Assembly (NCBI GenBank): GCA_002633005.1
Contig: NMRA01000139.1
Location: forward strand, 496,001 to 560,000
Direction: 5' to 3'
DNA from: Phoronis australis
Taxonomy: Eukaryota > Animalia > Phoronida
Length of the DNA: 64,000 nucleotides
Shown: piece by piece, positions 1 through 11,900 of the stretch
Position numbering within the stretch: position 1 is the first letter of the stretch
Layout of the letters: each line of letters starts with the position of its first letter
Translations under genes and position numbers: made by a program
Notes under the pieces: generated by a model
What the model saw: only the letters and a program-made list of their open reading frames with translations
What the model was told of the DNA's origin: nothing
The model's database searches: none

Positions 1-60
1 AATACCTGTCATAGTCTCCGGGGTAACAAAACACTGTATCTTGTATGCGTGTATGTATTG

Positions 61-299
61 CAGTGGCAGATCTACGATTTCAGTAAGGGGGGGGGGTTTA
101 GGATTCGAAAGAATCCGAGGCGCGTAGCGCCGAGGAGAAGGAAGGTCGCGAGAGGGTTTCCCTCCTCCCGTGTAACATTTTTTGGGATTTTTAGTAGCTA
201 ATTTCGTTTTTCTGGCGATTTTTTCCAGTTTTTATTTTTGATCCTGTCCCGAGGGGAGGGGATTTAAACCCCCTGAACCCCCCTGTAGATCCGCCTCTG
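61..299. repeat. MITE-like element with short terminal inverted repeats
   Basis: Left end cagtggcagatctac and right end gtagatccgcctctg are imperfect reverse complements, with G-run/C-run subterminal tracts. A similar right end occurs at 13582-13624. Confidence 0.55.
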
Positions 300-309
300 T
301 ATTGTCTAT

Positions 310-363
310 GTGAAGCTGCGCCTACAGGTGAAGTTGCGCCTACAGGTGAAGTTGCGCCTACAT
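310..363. repeat. 18-bp tandem repeat x3 (gtgaagttgcgcctacag)
   Basis: Three near-identical copies are directly visible. Confidence 0.85.
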
Positions 364-1096
364 GAATTAGACGATTGTTTGAATAAAACCACCGTGCACT
401 ATGAATTTCTTTAAATACTTTGTGAGTGAAACTCGACATATCCGTAAGAAAATGGTTAACAGTGACTAGTAGAACGAAAGGTATTCTAATACTTAAAAGA
501 CGGACCAAACTTACGAATATCACCTACTTAAAAGGGAACTGTATTTTATCCTGAATAAATTCTGGATAGTTTTCTATGAATTGTTGATTAATTTCACAAA
601 TAATTCAACACCAAAAATTAAACTTATGTTCTCTAACGAAGCTCAAAAAATTACCGGCTTGGAGCGCTGCTTAGTCTCGTGACGTATTTGGCGGGGGCAA
701 AGTCACTGTCCTGTGTTAGCGTGCAATCAAGTAGCGTTTTTTGTATTGTCGGAATAAGAAATTTTAGTGTGAAATTTCGGGTCACAAGGGATACCTGTTT
801 GAGCCGAGGCAACACAAAATGATACCTAGTCATCGTCATCGTCAGACGAAAATTTGCCGGTGTAACTGGTGTCAGTGACTGTGCCGAGGGCAATGTGGAC
901 TCTAGCCATCCAGTCAGCCAGCTGTCAGCCAATACTCCGGCAGCTCTGTAAACTTGAAGGGTTGGTAAGTTACCGACTGTACCTGTATGAAGACTATCGT
1001 ACCACTGTGTGTTGAGCTCCGTTAACCCCGAAATTTCAGACAGCCGTTGACTACCCGGGTATAGTTGACTCAGTTATGCTCGTCACCTCGTCGTAA

Positions 1097-2049
1097 NNNN
1101 NNNNNNNNNNNNNNNNNNNNNNNNNNNNNNNNNNNNNNNNNNNNNNNNNNNNNNNNNNNNNNNNNNNNNNNNNNNNNNNNNNNNNNNNNNNNNNNNNNNN
1201 NNNNNNNNNNNNNNNNNNNNNNNNNNNNNNNNNNNNNNNNNNNNNNNNNNNNNNNNNNNNNNNNNNNNNNNNNNNNNNNNNNNNNNNNNNNNNNNNNNNN
1301 NNNNNNNNNNNNNNNNNNNNNNNNNNNNNNNNNNNNNNNNNNNNNNNNNNNNNNNNNNNNNNNNNNNNNNNNNNNNNNNNNNNNNNNNNNNNNNNNNNNN
1401 NNNNNNNNNNNNNNNNNNNNNNNNNNNNNNNNNNNNNNNNNNNNNNNNNNNNNNNNNNNNNNNNNNNNNNNNNNNNNNNNNNNNNNNNNNNNNNNNNNNN
1501 NNNNNNNNNNNNNNNNNNNNNNNNNNNNNNNNNNNNNNNNNNNNNNNNNNNNNNNNNNNNNNNNNNNNNNNNNNNNNNNNNNNNNNNNNNNNNNNNNNNN
1601 NNNNNNNNNNNNNNNNNNNNNNNNNNNNNNNNNNNNNNNNNNNNNNNNNNNNNNNNNNNNNNNNNNNNNNNNNNNNNNNNNNNNNNNNNNNNNNNNNNNN
1701 NNNNNNNNNNNNNNNNNNNNNNNNNNNNNNNNNNNNNNNNNNNNNNNNNNNNNNNNNNNNNNNNNNNNNNNNNNNNNNNNNNNNNNNNNNNNNNNNNNNN
1801 NNNNNNNNNNNNNNNNNNNNNNNNNNNNNNNNNNNNNNNNNNNNNNNNNNNNNNNNNNNNNNNNNNNNNNNNNNNNNNNNNNNNNNNNNNNNNNNNNNNN
1901 NNNNNNNNNNNNNNNNNNNNNNNNNNNNNNNNNNNNNNNNNNNNNNNNNNNNNNNNNNNNNNNNNNNNNNNNNNNNNNNNNNNNNNNNNNNNNNNNNNNN
2001 NNNNNNNNNNNNNNNNNNNNNNNNNNNNNNNNNNNNNNNNNNNNNNNNN
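1097..2049. other. Assembly gap (N run)
   Basis: Run of N. Confidence 0.99.
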
Positions 2050-3099
2050 TTACGATGTAAACTCTTCAAATATGACATAAGCAATGAATGTGCAAAGCAG
2101 CCGATACCCCGCCGTTCACGTCACTGACACATCAGCCAATCAGCGATGGCTTTCCGAATTCAGTGTTTTGACCATGAATACGAATTGGCTTTTGTTTGGC
2201 ACGCAAGTCAGGCAAATGTGAGTTTTATTTGTATGTTAGAACCGATTAACTGCAACATTATTTTGACTACAGTCCCCTTTTAAAGTCGCATCCATATGCA
2301 AGAATAGTCCACGAATCTTACACGCATGCGCCAATGAGAAACGTTTGAGTAAACTATGTTCTGTGAAAAAACGGATTATTTCCGATGTAGGCGCATGGGC
2401 CTGCCATACCGGCATATAATATAGGCCCTACGGTAACATTTCAATTTAGAATATGAAAACGCAATCACACGATAACTGCATAAATTGTGGAAGGTGAAAA
2501 TTCAATTTTACCTATGCATTTTGGTCAAGCTTGCCTCATGTTTCGCAAGATAAGTGTTTGACTCCCCGCAATTGCACTTGATTCACTGCGCCGGTTCAGG
2601 CAGCCGGACAGCAAAAGGCTAAGGCATCTGATTGTATTGTTGTAGTATGGAAAGAGAGTAGTATTTGAGAACCAAACAAGTGTCATCCAGTTTGTCTGTG
2701 TGAATTATGTTCAGCCATTTTGTACAAACGGGCCACTGCTTCTAGTTAGGCATGCGTAGCGCACGCGCATTGGCGTGGTACTAGATAGAGTACCGGTACT
2801 TACCAAGTCGATACGCTCAGTGGGGATCTGCCGGCGGACGCGACAACAAAACGCCGATTGCACTTTAAGTTAGGGAGTAATTGTCGAAAACAGCACTTGT
2901 TAATAAATTTATGCAACCAGAACGTGGACATGGCGGCGTTATTTGGATACTTTGCTATTGACTTAGAAATCCGATGTCGAGTGGTAGATTAATTTATAGC
3001 CATTGTAATAGTAACTGTTTTTAGTGTTATTTTTAATTAAATCGCGATTGTTTGGTTATCCTAGACATTTTTCAAAACTTGAGAACGCACACGCCAGTC

Positions 3100-3364
3100 C
3101 ATGCGCGCACTCATCCTTTAATATGGGGGGCACGAATTTTTGACGATGTGGACCTTTTGCTAAGAAAAAAGAGGGAGGACTAAAAAAACGGGGTACCACC
3201 TTCAGAACTGGGAATTGTGCGTTTCCGCCATTTTAGTGGACTTTTGTCTCGTTTTCTCGGACTATTTGTTTCTCTGAGGCGGACCTTTTTGCCCACATCG
3301 CCAAATGGGGGGGGGGGCTCGTTCAGGGTTTGAGCTACCCGATCCCCCTCTGGGTGCGCGCATG
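3100..3364. repeat. MITE-like interspersed repeat (second copy at 42874-43150)
   Basis: Ends catgcgcgcactc ... gggtgcgcgcatg are inverted. Internal blocks (gtggacttttgtctcgttt, ctgaggc-gacctttt, cgccaaat) recur in the same order at 42874-43150. Confidence 0.7.
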
Positions 3365-3732
3365 CAGTCGATCCGGATTTGACGTCCGCGTATGGGAGGT
3401 TCGCGGTCCAGATTGTCTTCCCATTTAAGGATTTAATTGCAATAACTAGCATTAGTTTTCTTTGTATGGAGTGCTAAGAATCTGAATACTGACATTGTGT
3501 GTACGTGACTCCAAAACTCCAGCGTGTATATTTGGCAGAAAGAAAAAGCGATTGTGTGACAGTTGCAATCCTCATTATTTTGACAATGGCACCATTGCTT
3601 ACTTGTGTCGACCTCAGTACACGATATCTTTGCTGGCTTTACTCTTTCATGCTATTGCGGCTCGGGAAACACTTGTCTTCACGCAGCCGCGAAACTGTGC
3701 ACTAGTGTAATGTTAATTTACTTATTTTGCAG

Positions 3733-5455
3733 ATGGCGGCAAGAACGAGGGTTAAATTTTGTGGATTACTGCCCCGGTCAGTCAAATGCTGCGAACCTGC
3801 AACAGAATGTTGCTAAACCGACGATACCACTGAGAAACTTCACAGAATCTGAGAATGATTCGGTTTCGGCCCATCAACTAACTAGTGATTCTGTGAACAA
3901 TGTAATCGTCGCCACCCTTCCGCTGAGCAGATCTCGAACGCCACCATCCATCCAGCAAGGTTCTGCAAGTCAAAACAAGGGGGAAAATTTCTGGTGCGAC
4001 ATCTGCAAATGCGAATTCAGTGGACCCGCCCCCGCGGCACAACACTATGCCTCCGGTAAACACCTGCAGAAAATGCAGCACGTAAGTGATTCGGCAACTG
4101 AAAATGACGCAGCAGCTAACAAACCACATCCGAGTGAGGAGAATAAAGCGTGGTGCGATGTTTGCAAAGTTCCTTTTACAGGGCCATTGCCCGCAGCGCA
4201 ACACTATGCCTCAATAAATCACCAACAGAAAGTGCAATATCAATCGAAAATTGAAGATGAACCGGACAGTGGTTCAATTTCCACCGTCTCGTTGTCGTTA
4301 ACACCAGGTCAACTTTTAAGCTGTCAACCTAAACATGATGGTCAGGGCTCGCTGCAGGAAACTGAGAGAGTGTGTAATCCATCTAGATCGAAAGATTTCT
4401 GGTGCAGCGTATGCAAAGTTCCACTAAGCGGACCGAAACCCGCGAGTCAGCACTACGCTTCCGTCAAACATCTTCAGAAGGAGGAATGTGAAATCGCAAC
4501 GCGGACCCTAACTGATCTTGCACAAACCTCCACGAACATCGGCATTTCTTCATCAGCAAAGTTTGATGGAACCGTGAAAAGTAAAGACACATGGTGTGAG
4601 GTTTGCAAGGTACCATTAAGTGGACCCTTGCCAGCCGCGCAACATTATTCCTCTCCAAAGCATAAAATGAAACTGCAACTCTGTAGCGAAGCCGAGATCG
4701 GAGCCACCTGCGTTGCCGAGGCTGCACAGGGTTACGGCAGTACGGTAGCAAACCCGTCGAACTCAATAGTGAGTGAAAAAGGAATTCTAACTTTGACTGA
4801 ACAGAACTCTCCTTTCACGCTGCAAGAAAACGATCCTTTGGTTGGACTAGAAGTGACAAAAGAAATCCCAACACATTCGTTTCCAACGAACAAGAGTAGG
4901 CAATCGTTGACGCTACCTGTTGGGTCAACCGTCGAGCGTGAATGCAGTGATGTGAAATTTGAAATGAGTAACAAGTGGTGTGGTCTGTGCAAAGTTCCCC
5001 TTACCGGCCCGGAACCCGCCAAACAACACTATGAATCAGCGAAGCACATAATAAGGTTCAGGGCCGTTTGTGACGGAGACGCCAATCCTTTGGTATCTAC
5101 TGGTGGGCTGACAAAGCAGGAGGTTGGTGGACGCCCGGATTTGTTTAGAGAGGACAAAACTCAGAGAAACTTATCTTTCAGAAGTTTTGATGTGTCTTTT
5201 GTTGAAAAAAGCGAGACGCAATCTCAAGGTGATGTGTCGACGCCTACCCAATTGATTGACGAGTGCTCCTTGAAAATGAATTCTTTACACATTAGCGAGG
5301 ACGTTCCAGAATCGTTACAGGCGAAAGTCGACCACAAAGGTCATCAAAAATTAGTAGGAATCGCTGCCTGCTTTAAGCAGGAGCCTCTCGATGATTCCGG
5401 TATTGGAAACGATTCGCACTTGTTTGATGAAAGCGAGGAGCCAGATTTGCGTTAA
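3733..5455 (+). CDS. Terminal exon of a protein with five JAZ/matrin-type (U1-like, dsRNA-binding class) C2H2 zinc fingers; ZNF346/ZNF385-like; 5' exons not identified
   Basis: Acceptor cttattttgcag ends at 3732 (phase 2); the frame is open to TAA at 5453-5455. Five repeats of WC-x2-CK-x2-[FL][ST]GP-x-PA-x-QHY-x-S-x-[KN]H (C-x2-C-x12-H-x5-H) are separated by Ser/Thr-rich linkers. Confidence 0.85.
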
Positions 5456-6039
5456 ACTTTTACACGTGTTCATCAAATTCTACTGGATAAGATTGTGGGT
5501 ATATTCTTTTTCCAACTGTTCCCATGAGGCTTGTAGTAGCCAAAAAGCCAATTTGCCTAAAAGCAGCTTGCGTAGCTTTGCTAATGATAAATATCAGAAT
5601 CTTAATCGGATTAATTGGCGGATCCAGGACATCGCAAGAGGGAGGTCTAGTCGCAATTTCCGAAGGGAAATATTTGGGTAAGGCTTACACTATTCTGCCC
5701 ATAGAGAGCCTTAAATCAACCTATCAAAATACATTATGTGTTATGATATTACAATGTGTAGTCCAAACCACGGCGTATCTAGACAACCGGACACGTTGGC
5801 ACCAATACGGACAACGTTTGTTCATATCTTGCACATGGACCATGGGCGCATTATTTAGACTGCGTATATAACCATCAAAATTATTATTATAATGATAATT
5901 ATGATGGAACAGTGGGTGGTGTCGGAATTTTGCGAAATAAAGCAAGCAAAATAGAAAGGCTCACAGGTTACGTAGGCCTTCTACAAGTCGATCGCGACAA
6001 ACACTTGCTTTAATTTCACTGTTTATTTTCAGCATGTCT

Positions 6040-6990
6040 ATACCAGCCTGTTTGAGGAATTTTGCAAGTGTTTCAATGTTTTTGTTAGCTATTACAGACT
6101 TCATTAAAACTGCTTTACTTCCAAAGCATTTTTTTCTGCTTTGCTAAGCGAAACACCGACCAACATGGTGTTCTGGTGTTTCATCCTCTATCCAGCATTT
6201 GGGGCAGCAGGAATCTGTTGCTCGACTTGTTGTTTGCTTATGTTTCTGCAGGTTACAATGACCTGTTATCACTTGCATTGCCAACTGCAGTTGAGACAGA
6301 CTCAAAACTTGTTCGTAAAACCACCTCTTTTGTTGTTTTACAGTTACCTCTCAATAGCCCAAGATGATTTCCATCATTGTAATGACCAATTCCTTTTTCC
6401 TAAATCAAGGGAGGCATAAGGGACATGTAATATTGGTTCAGGTCGTCCAAATTCAATTTCTGAACAAAGTTTGGCAAATCGATCTCCTGCAACAGTACCC
6501 CGGATGCCAACGTGTCCAAGCAACTGTGATACGGTTATATTTTCCTAAATTATTTAGACTAGTGAATTGCTGAACTATATGTCATTCCATAACATTGTTT
6601 TTATGGGTTTAATAACTGACTGGCTATCTGACAGGATAGATACAGTTTTATTTTTGATTCCCTTTTCGAGCAGTTCTTTTACAACTTAAGAAATTGCAAA
6701 GGTCTCTGCTTGGAAATCGAAACTTTGTTATCCGAGATTTCTCAATTGATGGTATACCAGTCGGTTATTCATGGGAAACCCGCACTAACCAGTTTTGAAC
6801 CGCAACTGTATTCTTAGATGGCGCTTGCATCAAAGTTTCTGATTTGGTCGTAAGGCCCCCAGAGAAGTGTTCAGTGCCATTTTCAGCTGATCTACATTTC
6901 ATGTCAGATGTTATTACTGGGATTTTCCAGTGCATTGGTGTTTGCCAACACGCTGGGATACCGTGACGGCAAGCATTGCGCATCAGCAAG
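6040..6990 (-). mobile_element. Decayed non-LTR retrotransposon (LINE) 3' fragment: RNase H plus CCHC knuckle, R1/LOA/I-group-like
   Basis: Minus-strand translation across stops and frameshifts gives FQAETFAI, TVSILSDSQSVIK, LNNLGKYNRITVAW, GHVGIRG...DRFAK...PEP, LSQLQLAMQVITGHCNLQKH and CPKCWIEDETPEHHVGRC. This is the motif order of RNase H-bearing LINE ORF2 C-termini. Confidence 0.8.
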
Positions 6991-7932
6991 ACAATGACGG
7001 ATACAAAACGTTACTCCAATGCATTAACCCATATGTCTCATAGTGGTGACACATTTTCTTTTAAAGGATTTACCCTCTTTCTTACCGAAAACTTTGAAAA
7101 TTTCTGACACTGATATCGTCGTGAAGGCGAACTGCAGAATTTTGAATCAGACGATTCGTTCTTATCTTGAATTACTTGCAAATAAATGAAGCTGTAATTA
7201 AGAAAAGTTTTGGGATGCTGGCCCACAAATTGATCGTCAACTGACGGTTACCAGTCCAAAGCTTAGTTGATGAGCTAGGCCTATTATAGATTTTTGTTGT
7301 CATTTCTGTAATTTTGATGCTGTACGCTGTCTCTAAAAATATATTGCTCTATGCGAGTTTGGGGCTATGTAATAATAATGATCTATGTCATGAAATGCGG
7401 AGTGTAATATTAGAAAGTAGTGAGCGTGCCACATATTTCACAGTTTGTGTCATTGCTACATGGTTGTTTAAATTATCGTGTGCAACAGCAAATTTCATTG
7501 ATCTTGTCAATCACGGGCCCGATCCAAGAAATTGATTTAAGTTCCTCTGAGTCAGATTTGTCTAAACTTCCAAACTTTGAAACTTCAACATACGGTAAGG
7601 TTGTGGCGCGCATGGTATCTTCGATGTTTTAATCAGTGTGAGACAATCGCCGAAAAGCTTCTTCATAAGAAGCGCCTATTTGGAGCATCACTGTCTCCAC
7701 TGGGGTTAGTCGAGACAGTGGCATTGTCTAAATCCAGCACTTAGAAACCAAGGAAAGCTAACTGGGCATGGCGATATGTGTCTGTGATTTATAACACATG
7801 GATCGCCAATTCAGCGCACAAAATCTGTGATCTTGCGCACAAGCCGCGAAGTCACTATTTAAAAGCAGCACCATCGTTGGGTTCAATAACCATAGTACCT
7901 CGCTGACCAAGCAAGATTTCACAAGGGGCCAN

Positions 7933-8475
7933 GTTCGTAAAACCACCTCTTTTGTTGTTTTACAGTTACCTCTCAATAGCCCAAGATGATTTCCATCATT
8001 GTAATGACCAATTCCTTTTTCCTAAATCAAGGGAGGCATAAGGGACATGTAATATTGGTTCAGGTCGTCCAAATTCAATTTCTGAACAAAGTTTGGCAAA
8101 TCGATCTCCTGCAACAGTACCCCGGATGCCAACGTGTCCAAGCAACTGTGATACGGTTATATTTTCGATGTTTTAATCAGTGTGAGACAATCGCCGAAAA
8201 GCTTCTTCATAAGAAGCGCCTATTTGGAGCATCACCGTCTCCACTGGGGTTAGTCGAGACAGTGGCATTGTCTAAATCCAGCACTTAGAAACCAAGGAAA
8301 GCTAACTGGGCATGGCGATATGTGTCTGTGATTTATAACACATGGATCGCCAACTCAGCGCACAAAATCTGTGATCTTGCGCACAAGCCGCGAAGTCACT
8401 ATTTACAAGCAGCACCATCGTTGGGTTCAATAACCATAGTACCTCGCTGACCAAGCAAGATTTCACAAGGGGCCA
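7933..8475. other. Probable second-haplotype copy of 6311-6544 joined to 7623-7931 (assembly artefact after single N at 7932)
   Basis: Near-identical direct duplication starting right after an N, with only a few substitutions. It lacks the 1078-bp segment 6545-7622. Confidence 0.8.
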
Positions 8476-8900
8476 AAAATTTTCAATGAGGGGACAGTTA
8501 TTGAACTCTACCTTGGAGTTACAAATTTACTTCCAACAAGTAGGTCGCCTGCTCACTAACCGGGAAGTTGCGCCTCTTCTGGAAATTCCATACAAAAATA
8601 TTGAAGTAAATCTAATTAGCCCTCTATAATCCATGATGGATTGTATCAATATGTGGGTGTGTTAATATTGAAGCATGAGGTTCTCTGCGAATGTTATCCT
8701 CATTCATGAATTTTAAGTCATGTGACCTCTGTAGAACACGAGACAACTGAAAATTAAATTTATTTACAAAATGAACAGTCAACAACAAGTATGAATGGTA
8801 TTGCAAAACGACCTCTATGGTAGCACATGAAAACTATATAAAATCATAATAAATACTGCAAGAGTCCAGAAGTGGAGCACATCACATGCCCACAAAAAGT

Positions 8901-11900
8901 TTAAAAACGCTGTAGATGGAAAGTCTTTCCTGTTGCTTGCAGTTCTTTTTCAAACGCTGAGTATTCATTCTCAAGTAGTCTCTTTAGAGCCTCTCTCCGC
9001 ACCTGAAGACAAAACGGGCAAAATTTTGAAAAGGTAACCAAATAAAACACCAATTCACATTCAAGAGATACAAGAAAAAATGTGGCAACTGCATAAGCAT
9101 GGGTGCTCCAAGTCATAAGATATATGAGGTAAACAAAACTTGTTAAACGTTATTTAAGACATTTGTTGTCAACAGGTCTGTGCACTTAGACAAACATCAA
9201 GTTCAACTAAGTAAAAGTGCATATTTTATGAAAGTAGAAAGCTTGCAGACTTCCATTTTTCAGTAACTTTATACAAATCTGTCATTGATTGGAATTACCT
9301 GAATATGACAAAATATAAATACACTTTCATAGCAAAACCATCTTATCAATAACATGGCCAAATTTCATTAGATTTAAATGATCAAAATAAAATCATGAAA
9401 ATGCTGCTTCAGTGTCCTAAATTATTTTGTTTTTGTTTTTTTTTTCCAATTCATGACTGTTTTCATAAAATTGTTAATTTTGATAGCCTTTCTGGAAAAG
9501 TGGAAAGTGTTCAAAATAATTCAAAGCAGTTTTGAGAACAGAGCCAAAAGCATAGTATGTAAACATGGTATATAAAAGTTTTTGAAGACATGACATTCTG
9601 AAATTAGTCAAAACTAGAATTTTTACATGCTCCGTCTTATACAACAGAAAAAGCAACATGAGGTGAGTATTTTGAATTGAACTCTCATCCGTCGTGGAGG
9701 TATAAAACAGATTGTATGATTTGCCCAAGTGTTTGGCAAAAGATAGGGCACACTTGCCAACTGTCCCGCTTTTAGAAGCTCTGTCCTGCGACTCGTCACG
9801 GCATCAAATTTTTTCATTTGTTGACACACGTTACACAATTTCTGTCTCATTGCATGTTTCTGTGATTTTGAAAACCATTCCCCCTCTCCCCATTCCATTT
9901 TATTGGCTTGGCTAAAAACAAAATAAACAAAAAGCACTGCTGGTATGTTTTTGCATGTTGTGGTAGATATTTGTCCATTCCGGAATGGCCTGGATTCAGA
10001 TGTCCTGTTTTTTTCATTTTCAAATGTTTGCAACTATGCTCCTGTGTCTAGTCAGGCAAGTTCAGAAGAATTTACAATGCACCTTTAAATTTCCTGCTGA
10101 AATTATAATGAAGCAATAAAAATTAATGGCATTACTGGAATTGCAACTGGCAAACTGAATCAGATCTTAATGCAAAATAATGACTGCCAGCCAATATAGT
10201 CACAACAGCATTCCTTCAAATGCCCCTTCGACCATGCAGCATTGTGGGTAAATACTGCAGAACTACAGAGGGCACTGTGGTATTCCGTGATGCTTTATGT
10301 TTGGTATCAAGTCGCAGAAGCACTACAGAGGGTTACTCACTGCTAAGCATGCCTTGTTTGCTAAACGGGCTTCACCAATTTTTCTGAAGTGTTGCTCCTT
10401 CGCATGTTTGAATCCAAGCTTTAATTCTAATTTTTCTTCCCATATAGAGCGCAGATGGTTAGTTTCCTCTCTGCAACAAGACAAGTAACCGTTAAATTGT
10501 CATGAACGAGGTAATCATGTGACAAGAAATTTTCAGTTTCACAATTTACACGCAAATCCAAAAATAAAGTTTTCTAACCAAAAGAAACAACTGACATCTA
10601 TTAACAACACAAAATGATAATCAAAATCAACATATACAAAAACAATAACCATAGCAAAAGAAATAAAACTTTACAAATTCTTAGTTCTCAAACAGAATTG
10701 AGTCATGGTGCTTCCATTTCGTCAGCTAGCTGAACCCAACCTATTAGGAACTTATGCAAGTTACACTTTTAATTGGGAACTATTTACCCCATCGCATGAT
10801 CCGTAAAGCACCCAGCTTGCTGATAGCATATCTGGCCATGCAACCGACAACAATTTATTGTTGTCCTAAACCAATTACTGTTCATGGTTGGTAAATGACT
10901 AATCCTGTTGCATGCGCATAATTATTTAAGTGTCAAATGCAGCTCTACTACGCACTAAGAAGCAGGTAAACATCAACTGCGCATCACATATGCGTGTAGC
11001 TAGATCCATCCCCCTTTATCCAATATTTTGTTCACTCAACAGAATTTTTTGTTTTAATGATCCACATATGGGCACATGTACATAGCCATCACTTACACAC
11101 ACAGGCGGCTGTGTTGTTGTATTTTATCCCTTCTTGGTATTTCTTAATTCTAAGTTGAATACGCAGCAATGCCTTACCATTTTGTAACAGATAAATTATG
11201 TTGTAGTCTCAATGTAATAAACACGGTATGCAATTTTACAGAAATATACGACATATACCCACATGTGACTAATACCGGACATTGGATCAGATTTATGGGT
11301 ATAGGTGAATGGGCCTAAATACACACATAGACTAGCTGTACTGTATCTTGGCCAGGGACAATGAAAATCATGTTCTAAAGTCAAAATGGCCAGCCTTGTG
11401 GTATGACTATACGCAACATTTTCCCTCTGGGAATTAATGAGCATGAAAAATAAACCAACTTTGGAATCACCAATTTCATCCGTACAATAAAGAACAGGCG
11501 TGGTACACTGCACACAACTTATAAATACACATGTGAAAATTTCTAAGCTACTCAACCTCATCCAAGATTTTCTTATCTCCTGTTCTCGTGGATCTAAATC
11601 ACAGCTACAACAAGTGAACTATGCCAATTAAGAACCAATCTAATGACACAATGAGCCCGAAACAAATCACACACCATTATAACTTATTAAGCTGGACACT
11701 AAACTTGTAACTAAACAAGCCTGATACAAGCTATTGTACAATATTGTACAATATTGTACCATATTGTATTCACTATTATGCACTATTATATCGCAACACC
11801 GAGCAGTACCAGCTTGTTTTAAAATATTACCTAAAGCATTTAATTGTCAAAGGTCTGGAAATATTTGTGGTTGTATTGAGCAATAAAGTATTTTACAACA

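Noticed and set aside
944-964. Candidate upstream exon for the first finger gene (donor g|gtaagt at 965)
   Set aside because: Splicing to 3733 in the needed phase creates TGA.
1065-2084. Long ORFs over N runs (also 13078-13657 and 47151-47688)
   Set aside because: Artefacts of translating gaps.
3605-3732. 5' extension of the 616-aa ORF
   Set aside because: Non-ATG start, upstream of a clear splice acceptor; treated as intron.
6364-8288. Duplicated ORFs MISIIVMTNSFF...
   Set aside because: Antisense of the LINE remnant, repeated by the haplotype duplication.
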